Both the position numbers and the translations under genes were made by a program. 36,220 nt of DNA, taken from contig JBHGAY010000038.1 in assembly GCA_041946735.1 (NCBI GenBank), forward strand, positions 1 through 36,220, written 5' to 3'. The DNA is from Candidatus Eiseniibacteriota bacterium (GTDB lineage: Bacteria; Eisenbacteria; RBG-16-71-46; CAIMUX01; VGJL01). The first letter of the stretch is position 1. Each line of letters starts with the position of its first letter. Shown here one piece after another: positions 23,347 through 30,901 of the stretch. The notes under the pieces are model-generated. The model did no database searches and was not told the origin of the DNA. It was given only the letters and a program-made list of their open reading frames with translations.

Positions 23347-23780
23347 TGGTTCCTGGGCCGCGCTCGAACATCGTTCGCCGCCCGCGCGATCGTCGATCAC
23401 GCCTTCACCGAGTGGGGATCCAATGCCTCGGTTGCGCCGGCGACGATCCGACGAATATGCCGCTGTTCTGCGCGACCCCAATCACGCGCACGCCATCTGT
23501 GAAGAATACCGGGCTGCAGCGACGCTCGATCTTGAGCACGATCGGGCGGATCTTTCCGCGGGCCGGACGATCGCCTGTCCCGTGCTCGTCCTGTGGAGTG
23601 GAAACGGACCGCTCGGCACGTGGTATCAGCCCGAGGACCCGCTCGCGCTCTGGCGACGCTGGGCTCGAGATGTTCGCGGCCGGCCGGTCGCCGCCGGTCA
23701 CTTCTTCCCAAGAGATCCCGCAAGAAACGGCAAGAGGGCTCGCCGAGTTCTTCGACCGATCCCCTGCCGGGCAGACATGA
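23347..23780 (+). pseudogene. Remnant of an alpha/beta hydrolase (haloacetate dehalogenase/epoxide hydrolase-like), C-terminal half, frameshifted
   Basis: One homologous-looking path crosses three frames: RAIVDHAFTEWGS / HAICEEYRAAATLDLEHD..IACPVLVLW..GHFFP / EIPQETARGLAEFF. No N-terminal half or start. Confidence 0.75.
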
Positions 23781-23850
23781 AGCGCCATCACCGCAGGCAG
23801 GCCAGCGACAGAAGTGGTCGTGTCCGCGGTCGCGGTCGGAGGTCGACATC

Positions 23851-24789
23851 GTGAACACTCTCCTCGGACGCATTGCTGTGGTTGCAGGCGCCACCCGAGG
23901 CGCGGGGCGCGGAATCGCTGCGGCGCTCGGCGAAGCCGGTGCCACGGTCATCTGCACCGGCCGAAGCAGCCGGACGGGAACACTCCGGTCCGACTATGGG
24001 AATCGTCCAGAGACGATCGAGGAGACGGCCGAAATCGTGACGGCGCTCGGAGGAAGGGGAATCGCTCGAATCGTGGACCATCTCGGGCCGGAACAGGTCC
24101 GGCGTCTGGCCGACGAAATCCGAAGCGAGTATGGGCGCCTCGACATTCTGGTCAACGACATCTGGGGCGCGGAAGTGTTGAAAGGCGGCCCGGCGGTCTG
24201 GAACAAGCCTTTGTGGGAAGTGGACCTCGAGAAAGGTCTGCGAACCCTGCGCCTGGCGGTCGACACGCATCTGATCACGTCCCACGCGCTCCTCCCGCTG
24301 CTCATCACGCGGCCGGGCGGGCTCCTCGTGGAGGTGACGGACGGCACCGCAGCGTACAACGCCGGCCACTACCGTATCTCGGTCTTCTACGATCTTGCGA
24401 AGGTTGCCGTGAACCGGCTGGCCTTCTCGGAAGGCCATGAGCTCAGGGCGTTCGGAGGCACCGCCATCTCACTCACTCCGGGGTGGCTCCGTTCCGAGTT
24501 GATGCTGGAGGCGTTCGGCGTCGGCGAAGACAACTGGCGAGAGGCATTGAATGGACAGGCGCCTCCCGATTTCGCGCTCTCGGAATCGCCACGCTTCGTC
24601 GGACGAGCTGTCGTCGCAGTCGCCGCGAATGAGGATCGGGCGCGGTGGAATCAGCAGTCCGTGACTGTGGGACAGTTGGCGGACGAGTACGGTTTCACGG
24701 ATGTGGACGGCTCACGGCCCGACATCTGGCGGTTCATCGAAGAGGTTCGTGAGGGGGGCATCGACGCGGAATACGACCGGTATCGCTGA
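23851..24789 (+). CDS. SDR-family oxidoreductase
   Basis: AVVAGATRGAGRGIA, LDILVNDIWG, catalytic YDLAK, LTPGWLRSE. GTG after GGAGG. Confidence 0.92.
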   Translation: MNTLLGRIAVVAGATRGAGRGIAAALGEAGATVICTGRSSRTGTLRSDYGNRPETIEETAEIVTALGGRGIARIVDHLGPEQVRRLADEIRSEYGRLDILVNDIWGAEVLKGGPAVWNKPLWEVDLEKGLRTLRLAVDTHLITSHALLPLLITRPGGLLVEVTDGTAAYNAGHYRISVFYDLAKVAVNRLAFSEGHELRAFGGTAISLTPGWLRSELMLEAFGVGEDNWREALNGQAPPDFALSESPRFVGRAVVAVAANEDRARWNQQSVTVGQLADEYGFTDVDGSRPDIWRFIEEVREGGIDAEYDRYR

Positions 24790-25010
24790 TGCCGTGAGGG
24801 AGACGCCGAGCGAACGTGCGGCCCTTTCTGCCTCCGCCGCCACGTCGTAATGCAATGCAAGCCGGGCGCCTCGCCCACCGCGTGGTCTATGCTCCGGGCG
24901 AGCCGCTGGACAGACCGGGATCGGTAGGCGGGCCCGCCGCGCTCGTTGGACGTCCGCTTCGCCAAACTCCCAACCGATGCGAACCGACACAACACCGCAA
25001 GGAGGCGCAG

Positions 25011-25310
25011 GTGATCCTCGTACGTGAAGTCTTCATCGCGAAGCCGGGGATGGCTTCGAAGCTCGCGCGAATGTTCAAGGAGATGATCGATCAGGAGGGT
25101 ATGGGCCGGGGCAAGAATGCGAAGGTGATGACCGACATGACCGGCACCTTCAACAAGGTCGTGGTCGAGATGGAGTACGAAGACCTGACGAACTTCGATC
25201 GGGATATGAAGGAGTACATGAGCCAGCCTCCGAAGGAGTCGGATCCCTCGAAGCCGAAGCACACCGACATGTATAACGAGGGCAAGCGGGAGATCTTCCG
25301 GATCTGGTAA
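25011..25310 (+). CDS. Small hypothetical protein, NIPSNAP/dimeric alpha-beta barrel-like
   Basis: GTG after AAGGAGG; ILVREVFIAKPG..MTDMTGTFNKVVVEMEYEDL..GKREIFRIW. Fold is inferred. Confidence 0.75.
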   Translation: MILVREVFIAKPGMASKLARMFKEMIDQEGMGRGKNAKVMTDMTGTFNKVVVEMEYEDLTNFDRDMKEYMSQPPKESDPSKPKHTDMYNEGKREIFRIW

Positions 25311-25677
25311 GGGGGAGCGGCGGAACGCGAGGTCGATCGCGCGCCGGCGCGCGAAGGACACAGGGACGGCGATACCGGGAACGTGCGACCAGCGCTCGAC
25401 GGTACGCACATATAGGCCGTTGCCTCGGGCCTGCGGGTGATACTCCTTCGCATCGGGGGAAACGGACGAGGCAAGAGGAGGGCGGTGCGGGGACGGCGAC
25501 CCCTAGCAGTTCGGGGAACCGATTCGTCGCGAGTCGGGCCTCGGCGCCGTCCCGTTGCCACCGCCCGGTGCACGGGCGTACCCTTACGACGCGCTCATTT
25601 GGGGCCTGCAGGTCGCCTCCCCGGCGATTCGCCCCATCGGTCGTCCCGTTGCGACAGCCAGAGATTGGAGGTGATCG

Positions 25678-27078
25678 ATGATCCGTTTGCTGGCCGCACG
25701 GTTCGTCGTGCTTCTTCTCGTCGGTCTCTCATCGCCGCCCGCCTGGGCAGCCACCACTCATCTCATTCTCCCGGATGGGACGGGAGACTTCCCCGACATC
25801 CGTAGCGCCATCGTGGCTTCCGCATCCGGGGACACGCTCGTTCTGGGCGACGGCACCTTCACCGGCCCCGACAATCGAAGCCTCTCCTTCCTCGGCAGAT
25901 CGCTCGTCGTACGCTCCCTGAGCGGCTCGCTCGCCTGCGTCATCGACTGCGAGAACGCGGCGGGCGGCTTCCGCATTCAAGGCGATGGGATCACGATCAC
26001 GCGCGGATACGCGGAAACCACGGGAGGTGGAGCGATCCTCTGTCAGGGTCCGATCGGCCCGGTGATTCGCAACTGCCGTTTCGTGAGTAACCGGGCGGTT
26101 GGCTGCGGCCCCGCGGGAGGAGCGATCCGGATCACCGGATGCGCGATGAAGATCTACGACTGCCTCTTCGAGGACAACAATTCCGCCGGGTTCGGAGGAG
26201 GCATTGCCTGCCATCAGGAAGCCAACGTTGAGTTGCTTAGTTGCACGTTCCTGGGAAACGCCGCCACGGAGGGTGGCGCGGTCGAGGTGCGCGGCTCGAC
26301 GTTGACACTGACCGAGTGCCTGCTCATCCGCAACGAGGCGTATATCGCGGGCGCCGCTTCGGCCTGGGACAGCTCGACGTTCACCGTCCGTCGTTGCACG
26401 CTCGCGGAGAACATGGCGAGCGGCGATGTGAGCGAGATCTGCGTGCCGGGAGGGAGCGGTTCCGGACCGGTCCGCGTCTTCGTGGAGCACTCGATCCTTG
26501 CCAACGGCAACTCACGCGCGATCTTCTGCGGGAACTTCGGCGCTTTCGATGTCGCGTGCAGCGACATCTACGGCCATCCGAACGGGAACTGGACCGGCTG
26601 CACCAAAGACTTGCTCGGGGTGGATGGCAACATCTGCGAAGACCCGCTCTTCTGCGACGAGGCGAACGATGATTTCACGATCCGCAGCGACTCTCCCTGC
26701 GGGCCTGATCACGATCCTGAGTGCGGTCTGATCGGAGCGCTGCCCGTCGGCTGCTATGCGCCCGCGGGCGCGCCGGCCATCATCGAGCCGGCGGCGCTCG
26801 CCCTGCGGGTCGCAGGCGCGAACCCGGCTCGCGGCGAGGCGCGGATCGTCTACTCGATCCCTCCGGCCCTTGCCGGAAGCCCGGTCACGATCACGGTGCA
26901 TGACGCGACCGGCCGCCTGGTCCGCCGGCTGTTCGAAGGGAACGTCGCCGGTGACACGGGCCTGCTCGCTTGGGACGGCCGCAGCGGAGCCGGCGCGAGG
27001 GCGCCGTGGGGCATCTACTTCTTCCGGATAGTGGCGGGATCGGCAAGCGCGACGGAGCAAATCGTGCTGTTGGAGTGA
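25678..27078 (+). CDS. Secreted right-handed parallel beta-helix protein with C-terminal FlgD-Ig domain
   Basis: PDGTGDFPDI..GDT..GTFTG, repeated C.F..N.A..GGAI units, GNICEDPLFC, C-terminal WDGRSGAG..GIYF. GGAGG RBS. Confidence 0.88.
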   Translation: MIRLLAARFVVLLLVGLSSPPAWAATTHLILPDGTGDFPDIRSAIVASASGDTLVLGDGTFTGPDNRSLSFLGRSLVVRSLSGSLACVIDCENAAGGFRIQGDGITITRGYAETTGGGAILCQGPIGPVIRNCRFVSNRAVGCGPAGGAIRITGCAMKIYDCLFEDNNSAGFGGGIACHQEANVELLSCTFLGNAATEGGAVEVRGSTLTLTECLLIRNEAYIAGAASAWDSSTFTVRRCTLAENMASGDVSEICVPGGSGSGPVRVFVEHSILANGNSRAIFCGNFGAFDVACSDIYGHPNGNWTGCTKDLLGVDGNICEDPLFCDEANDDFTIRSDSPCGPDHDPECGLIGALPVGCYAPAGAPAIIEPAALALRVAGANPARGEARIVYSIPPALAGSPVTITVHDATGRLVRRLFEGNVAGDTGLLAWDGRSGAGARAPWGIYFFRIVAGSASATEQIVLLE

Positions 27079-27110
27079 GAGCTGTCCCCCCTCGATCGTG
27101 ACGATGACGG

Positions 27111-27139
27111 CGGCCGTCTCTCGCTGTGGGAGACGGCCG
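27111..27139 (+). terminator. 12-bp GC hairpin after the beta-helix gene
   Basis: CGGCCGTCTCTC-GCTGT-GGGAGACGGCCG. No U tract. Confidence 0.5.
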
Positions 27140-27182
27140 AGTCCGTTGCGCTTCCCGCCGAGTACCTGTGAATCTGTGTATT

Positions 27183-27272
27183 AGTGCGCGCGGCCCGCTC
27201 CCTACGGATGGAACAGCGAGCCGGCCGTGGTCGGCTTGCTCCCTACGGATGGAACAGCGGGTCGCGCGCACT
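27183..27272 (+). ncRNA. Candidate structured leader RNA: 14-bp closing stem, two identical 22-nt repeats, central hairpin
   Basis: GCTCCCTACGGATGGAACAGCG at 27197-27218 and 27238-27259. AGCCGGCC-GT-GGTCGGCT lies between them. AGTGCGCGCGGCCC (27183-27196) pairs with GGGTCGCGCGCACT (27259-27272). Confidence 0.55.
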
Positions 27273-27282
27273 GGAGGCACGG

Positions 27283-28737
27283 ATGCGAGATGTGTGGGTG
27301 GTCTTGGAGGAGCGCACGCGTGACTGGGATGCGCTCGGGCGCCAGCGACTGGCGAGCGCGATCTGGGAAGACTACGTCTCCATCCGCTTCGGCCGTACGG
27401 CGGATGCCCGGGCGCTCGAGTACCTCTACCCTTACCTGAACAATGCGGACCGCAGCACGCGAGCGCGTGCGCTCGCCGTGGCGGCAAGGGTCTTCGAAGG
27501 GCGCGGCACCCGAGTCATCGAGCATCTCAGGTACTTCGCAAACAACCCCGACCTCTTCCTGCGCGACCGCGCCGTGACCGTCCTCGGCGCGACGGTGACT
27601 GGCTTGCGCGACGACGTGATCCTGGAAGTCTTGTCGCCGTACCTCCGCAATCGGAATCAGTTCATCCGCAAGCTCTCTCTCGTCGCGCTCGGCAAGGCCG
27701 CCGCCGGTCAAGGCTCGGCGCGCGTACTCGCTGAGATCCGGCGCGTCGCCCAGTTGCCCGGACCCCGAGAGGATGAAGTCCGGACCGCCATCGCGAACGC
27801 CTTCGCCGGCCGACCCACCGAAGAGACCTACGCCGAGGTCGCCGGGCCGGCGCCCCTGGAGAGCATCGAGCGAGACAACGCGCTCGCGACCGCCGTGCTG
27901 GTTCGAGGCGCAGGAGAGGAGTGGTACCGCCGCGCCTGCGAGGAAGTGTTCGAGCCCCGGCTGCAAGCGCCAGGCGAGACCGGCTGGAGGCGCGACTTCA
28001 TCCGCCGCAAAGGGATCGAGGCGCTCTGCTATGCCGGCGCGGGAAGAGGGATGGAGCCGCTCCGGCGCATTCTGCCCCTGCGCGGTGATCGGACGACGGG
28101 CCACGCCATTATGTCGGAGGCGCTGCGTTGTTTCGCCGGCGCCGACCCGGTCAACCGCGAGCCGCTGATCGAGTTGGCGAAAGCCGGCGACCTCGTCGCG
28201 CAACGCATTGCCGCAGTCTGCCTCGGGCGGCTCGTGATGGGTCGAGAGGATGAAGAGGCGATCGGGGTGCTCCGCGGAATCTGCGAGGGGGCGAAGAGCA
28301 GCGAGGTCCAAGCGGCCGCGTTGATCGGGCTCGGCATGGCGGCGCGGTCGAGTTGCGACGACGGACTGCGCCGTCTCTGCCTCAGTCGTTTGGCGAACCC
28401 TGAGACCCTGACCGCGGCGCTCCGTGCTCTCGGGATGATCCTCCTCGGCTCCGGGAGGAGGGACGTGTTCGACGCGGTTTGCCGAGCGGCACGGGAACGT
28501 GAGGCCGAACCGGTGCGCAGCCGGCCGCACAGCAAAGCGCTTGCCGCCTGCTACCGCACGATCGGCCTCATCTATCTCGGCACAGGCTCGGATGAGCCGG
28601 TCGGCTTCCTGCTCGACGCGCTGGCGCGGCCGCCGCGGAGCTCGCGGGACGCGTACCAGCGGGCCGCCGCGCGCGCGCTTATCCTGGTTGAGTTCAGCGA
28701 GGCAGCACTGGGTTGGGACTACATCTCTTTCGTATGA
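27283..28737 (+). CDS. All-alpha repeat protein with proteasome/cyclosome (PC)/HEAT-like repeats
   Basis: ATG after GGAGG. Units such as AALRALGMILLGSGRRDVFDAV, YRTIGLIYLGTGSDEPVGFL, LVALGKAAAGQGSARVLAEI, AAVCLGRLVMGREDEEAIGVL. Confidence 0.8.
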   Translation: MRDVWVVLEERTRDWDALGRQRLASAIWEDYVSIRFGRTADARALEYLYPYLNNADRSTRARALAVAARVFEGRGTRVIEHLRYFANNPDLFLRDRAVTVLGATVTGLRDDVILEVLSPYLRNRNQFIRKLSLVALGKAAAGQGSARVLAEIRRVAQLPGPREDEVRTAIANAFAGRPTEETYAEVAGPAPLESIERDNALATAVLVRGAGEEWYRRACEEVFEPRLQAPGETGWRRDFIRRKGIEALCYAGAGRGMEPLRRILPLRGDRTTGHAIMSEALRCFAGADPVNREPLIELAKAGDLVAQRIAAVCLGRLVMGREDEEAIGVLRGICEGAKSSEVQAAALIGLGMAARSSCDDGLRRLCLSRLANPETLTAALRALGMILLGSGRRDVFDAVCRAAREREAEPVRSRPHSKALAACYRTIGLIYLGTGSDEPVGFLLDALARPPRSSRDAYQRAAARALILVEFSEAALGWDYISFV

Positions 28738-28741
28738 GCCG

Positions 28742-29122
28742 ATGGCGAAGTTCAATCCCGACTTCTGGGAGGTGACCATCTCCGCGGAGAGCTGGCGCCG
28801 GTTCTCCACTGAGCATCACCTCTACTACGAGTCACCCGAAGAGGCGAGGGAGCGCCACGCGCGCCTCGTACGGGCGGAAGCAATGCTGCCGCAGCTCCGC
28901 GCTCTCATGAACGAACTCCTCACATCACGGCAGCGCGAGGTCGTGACCCTGTACTTCCTGGCTCGCCTAAACCAGCGCCAGATCGCGGACAAGCTCGGCA
29001 TCACCCAGCAGGTCGTGTGCGAACACCTCTACGGAAAGATGCGGAATGGCCACCTGGTCGGCGGCGCGCTGCGCAAGCTGCGCAAAGCGTGCGCCGAACG
29101 GGGCATCGGGTGGGCAACGTAG
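28742..29122 (+). CDS. Stand-alone sigma-70 region-4-like HTH protein (126 aa)
   Basis: LTSRQREVVTLYFLARLNQRQIADKLGITQQVVCEHL..ALRKLRK. No region 2. Starts 4 bp after the upstream stop. Confidence 0.82.
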   Translation: MAKFNPDFWEVTISAESWRRFSTEHHLYYESPEEARERHARLVRAEAMLPQLRALMNELLTSRQREVVTLYFLARLNQRQIADKLGITQQVVCEHLYGKMRNGHLVGGALRKLRKACAERGIGWAT

Positions 29123-29238
29123 CGTCGCCCTGCACTACGCGATTCCGTTGGAAGTCACCTGGAGATGGCGAAGCACTGCAATGCCAGATCCCCGCAGCCA
29201 TCGCAGATCCGGATTGCCTGGCTACGGAGCGGTGATCA

Positions 29239-29281
29239 GCCGCTGCGTGTGTGAGGTAGAATCCCCGGCACACGCAGCGGC
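29239..29281. repeat. Perfect 13-bp inverted repeat with 17-nt loop
   Basis: GCCGCTGCGTGTG (29239-29251) and CACACGCAGCGGC (29269-29281). Loop contains TAGAAT. Confidence 0.8.
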
Positions 29282-29293
29282 ACCCGGAACGAA

Positions 29294-29325
29294 CGAAGGG
29301 GCCTGCTTCGAAGGGGCCTGCTTCG
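29294..29325. repeat. 15-bp tandem duplication
   Basis: CGAAGGGGCCTGCTT x2 plus CG. Confidence 0.8.
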
Positions 29326-29347
29326 CGGAACCGTGGGAGACGGGACG

Positions 29348-30829
29348 ATGGAACTTCTGGGCCGGTCGATTCGGAACCTGCTCATCGCCCCGCGACGCAT
29401 CGCCGTGGTCGACGATACCCGAGCTTGGCGTGCGATCCATCTCTATGGGGGCGCGCTGCATTTGGCGAGGGAGATCGAGCGGAGGACCACCCGGCCCCAC
29501 ATTGGCTTGATGCTCCCCACCTCGGGACTCACCCCGATGTCAGTTCTAGCGACCTGGGCGTTGGGACGAACCATCGTGCCAATCAACTACCTGCTTCCTT
29601 CTGGGCAGCGCGACAACATCATCCGCAACGCGGAACTCGACACGGTCATCACGGTGACCCCGATGATCGAGCGCTTTGGGGACCTGCCCGGAGCAGTCCA
29701 GCAGATCCGCCTCGACCGACTCTCCTTCGGGGGATTGCCCCCGCTACGCCGGCCGGTGTCGCGTCCCGAGGATCACATCGCCGCCCTGCTCTACACCTCC
29801 GGCACATCCGGCGGACCCAAAGGGGTGATGCTGACCGCCGGCAACCTGACGGCCAATGTGAGACAGTGCGTGGAATGGGCAGCCCTGCCCCGCAGAACGG
29901 TCTTTCTCGGTGTTCTTCCGCAGTTCCACTGCTTCGGCCTGACGGTGCTGACGCTCCTGCCGCTCTGGCTCGGTTCGAAGGCGGTCTACACCGCCCGGTT
30001 CGCTCCGAAGAGAGTGCTGGAGCTGTTGCTCGAGCACCAACCGACCATCGTCCTTGCGATCCCTTCGATGCTGAACAGCCTGCTCAATGCCAAGGACGCC
30101 ACACGCGAGCACTTCTCCTCGGTGCGCTACCTGGTTTCGGGTGGGGAACCTCTGCCGCAGAGCGTCTTCGATGGATTCCGGGAACGCTTCGGCATCACGC
30201 TGAACGAAGGCTATGGGCTCACGGAGACCTCCCCGGTCACCAACTGGTGCCGCCCCGAAGAGCATAAGCGCGGCTCCGTGGGGCCAGCGTTGCCCGGGGT
30301 ACAGCAGAAGATCGTCTCCCTCGACGGTTCGATCTTGGGTGCCAATGAGGAAGGCGAGGTGCGGATCAAGGGACCGAACCTCATGAAGGGATACTACAAG
30401 CTCGAAGAGGAGACGGCCGCCGCCTTCGACGAGGAGGGCTTCTTCCGGACGGGAGATATCGGGCGCATCGACGCGGATGGTCACCTGTTCATCACGGGTC
30501 GCCTGAAAGAGATGATGGTGATCGGGGGCGAGAACGTCTTTCCACGGACCATCGAGGAGGTGCTCGATCGACATCCTGATGTTCTCTGTTCCGCAGTGAT
30601 CGGCATCCCGGATCCCGTTCGTGGGGAAGCCGCGGTCGCTTTTGTCGAGTTGGTCGCCGGAGCGGACTTCGATGAGACACTGCTGCGAGGGCACTGCCGC
30701 CAGCGCCTCGCGCCTTACCAGGTCCCGCGTCGCGTGATTCGCCTGGAGACGATGCCGCGCAACGCGACCGGCAAGGTCCTGCGTCGCGAGCTGCGTGCGA
30801 TCCTCGACGAGCAGCGAGTCTCTCTGTAA
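29348..30829 (+). CDS. AMP-dependent acyl-CoA/acyl-ACP synthetase
   Basis: LYTSGTSGGPKG, LPQFHCFG, EGYGLTETSP, FRTGDIG, GRLKEM..GGENV, PRNATGKVLR. Confidence 0.93.
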   Translation: MELLGRSIRNLLIAPRRIAVVDDTRAWRAIHLYGGALHLAREIERRTTRPHIGLMLPTSGLTPMSVLATWALGRTIVPINYLLPSGQRDNIIRNAELDTVITVTPMIERFGDLPGAVQQIRLDRLSFGGLPPLRRPVSRPEDHIAALLYTSGTSGGPKGVMLTAGNLTANVRQCVEWAALPRRTVFLGVLPQFHCFGLTVLTLLPLWLGSKAVYTARFAPKRVLELLLEHQPTIVLAIPSMLNSLLNAKDATREHFSSVRYLVSGGEPLPQSVFDGFRERFGITLNEGYGLTETSPVTNWCRPEEHKRGSVGPALPGVQQKIVSLDGSILGANEEGEVRIKGPNLMKGYYKLEEETAAAFDEEGFFRTGDIGRIDADGHLFITGRLKEMMVIGGENVFPRTIEEVLDRHPDVLCSAVIGIPDPVRGEAAVAFVELVAGADFDETLLRGHCRQRLAPYQVPRRVIRLETMPRNATGKVLRRELRAILDEQRVSL

Positions 30830-30901
30830 TGCGCGTCACCCGGCGTCTCGTTGGGCCCGATGCGCTGTCGATGCGATCGCGTAGGCGGGAGATCCGGGCG
30901 G

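Noticed and set aside
27197..27259. Mini-CRISPR or guanidine-II riboswitch reading of the 22-nt repeats
   Set aside because: Only two repeats with a 19-nt self-complementary spacer and no cas genes. The ACGG is not closed by a proper stem as in mini-ykkC, and the downstream gene is not a guanidine exporter.
22733..30900. Integron cassette array (run of same-strand accessory genes with hairpins)
   Set aside because: I saw no RYYYAAC..GTTRRRY attC boxes after the genes, and there is no integrase in the window.
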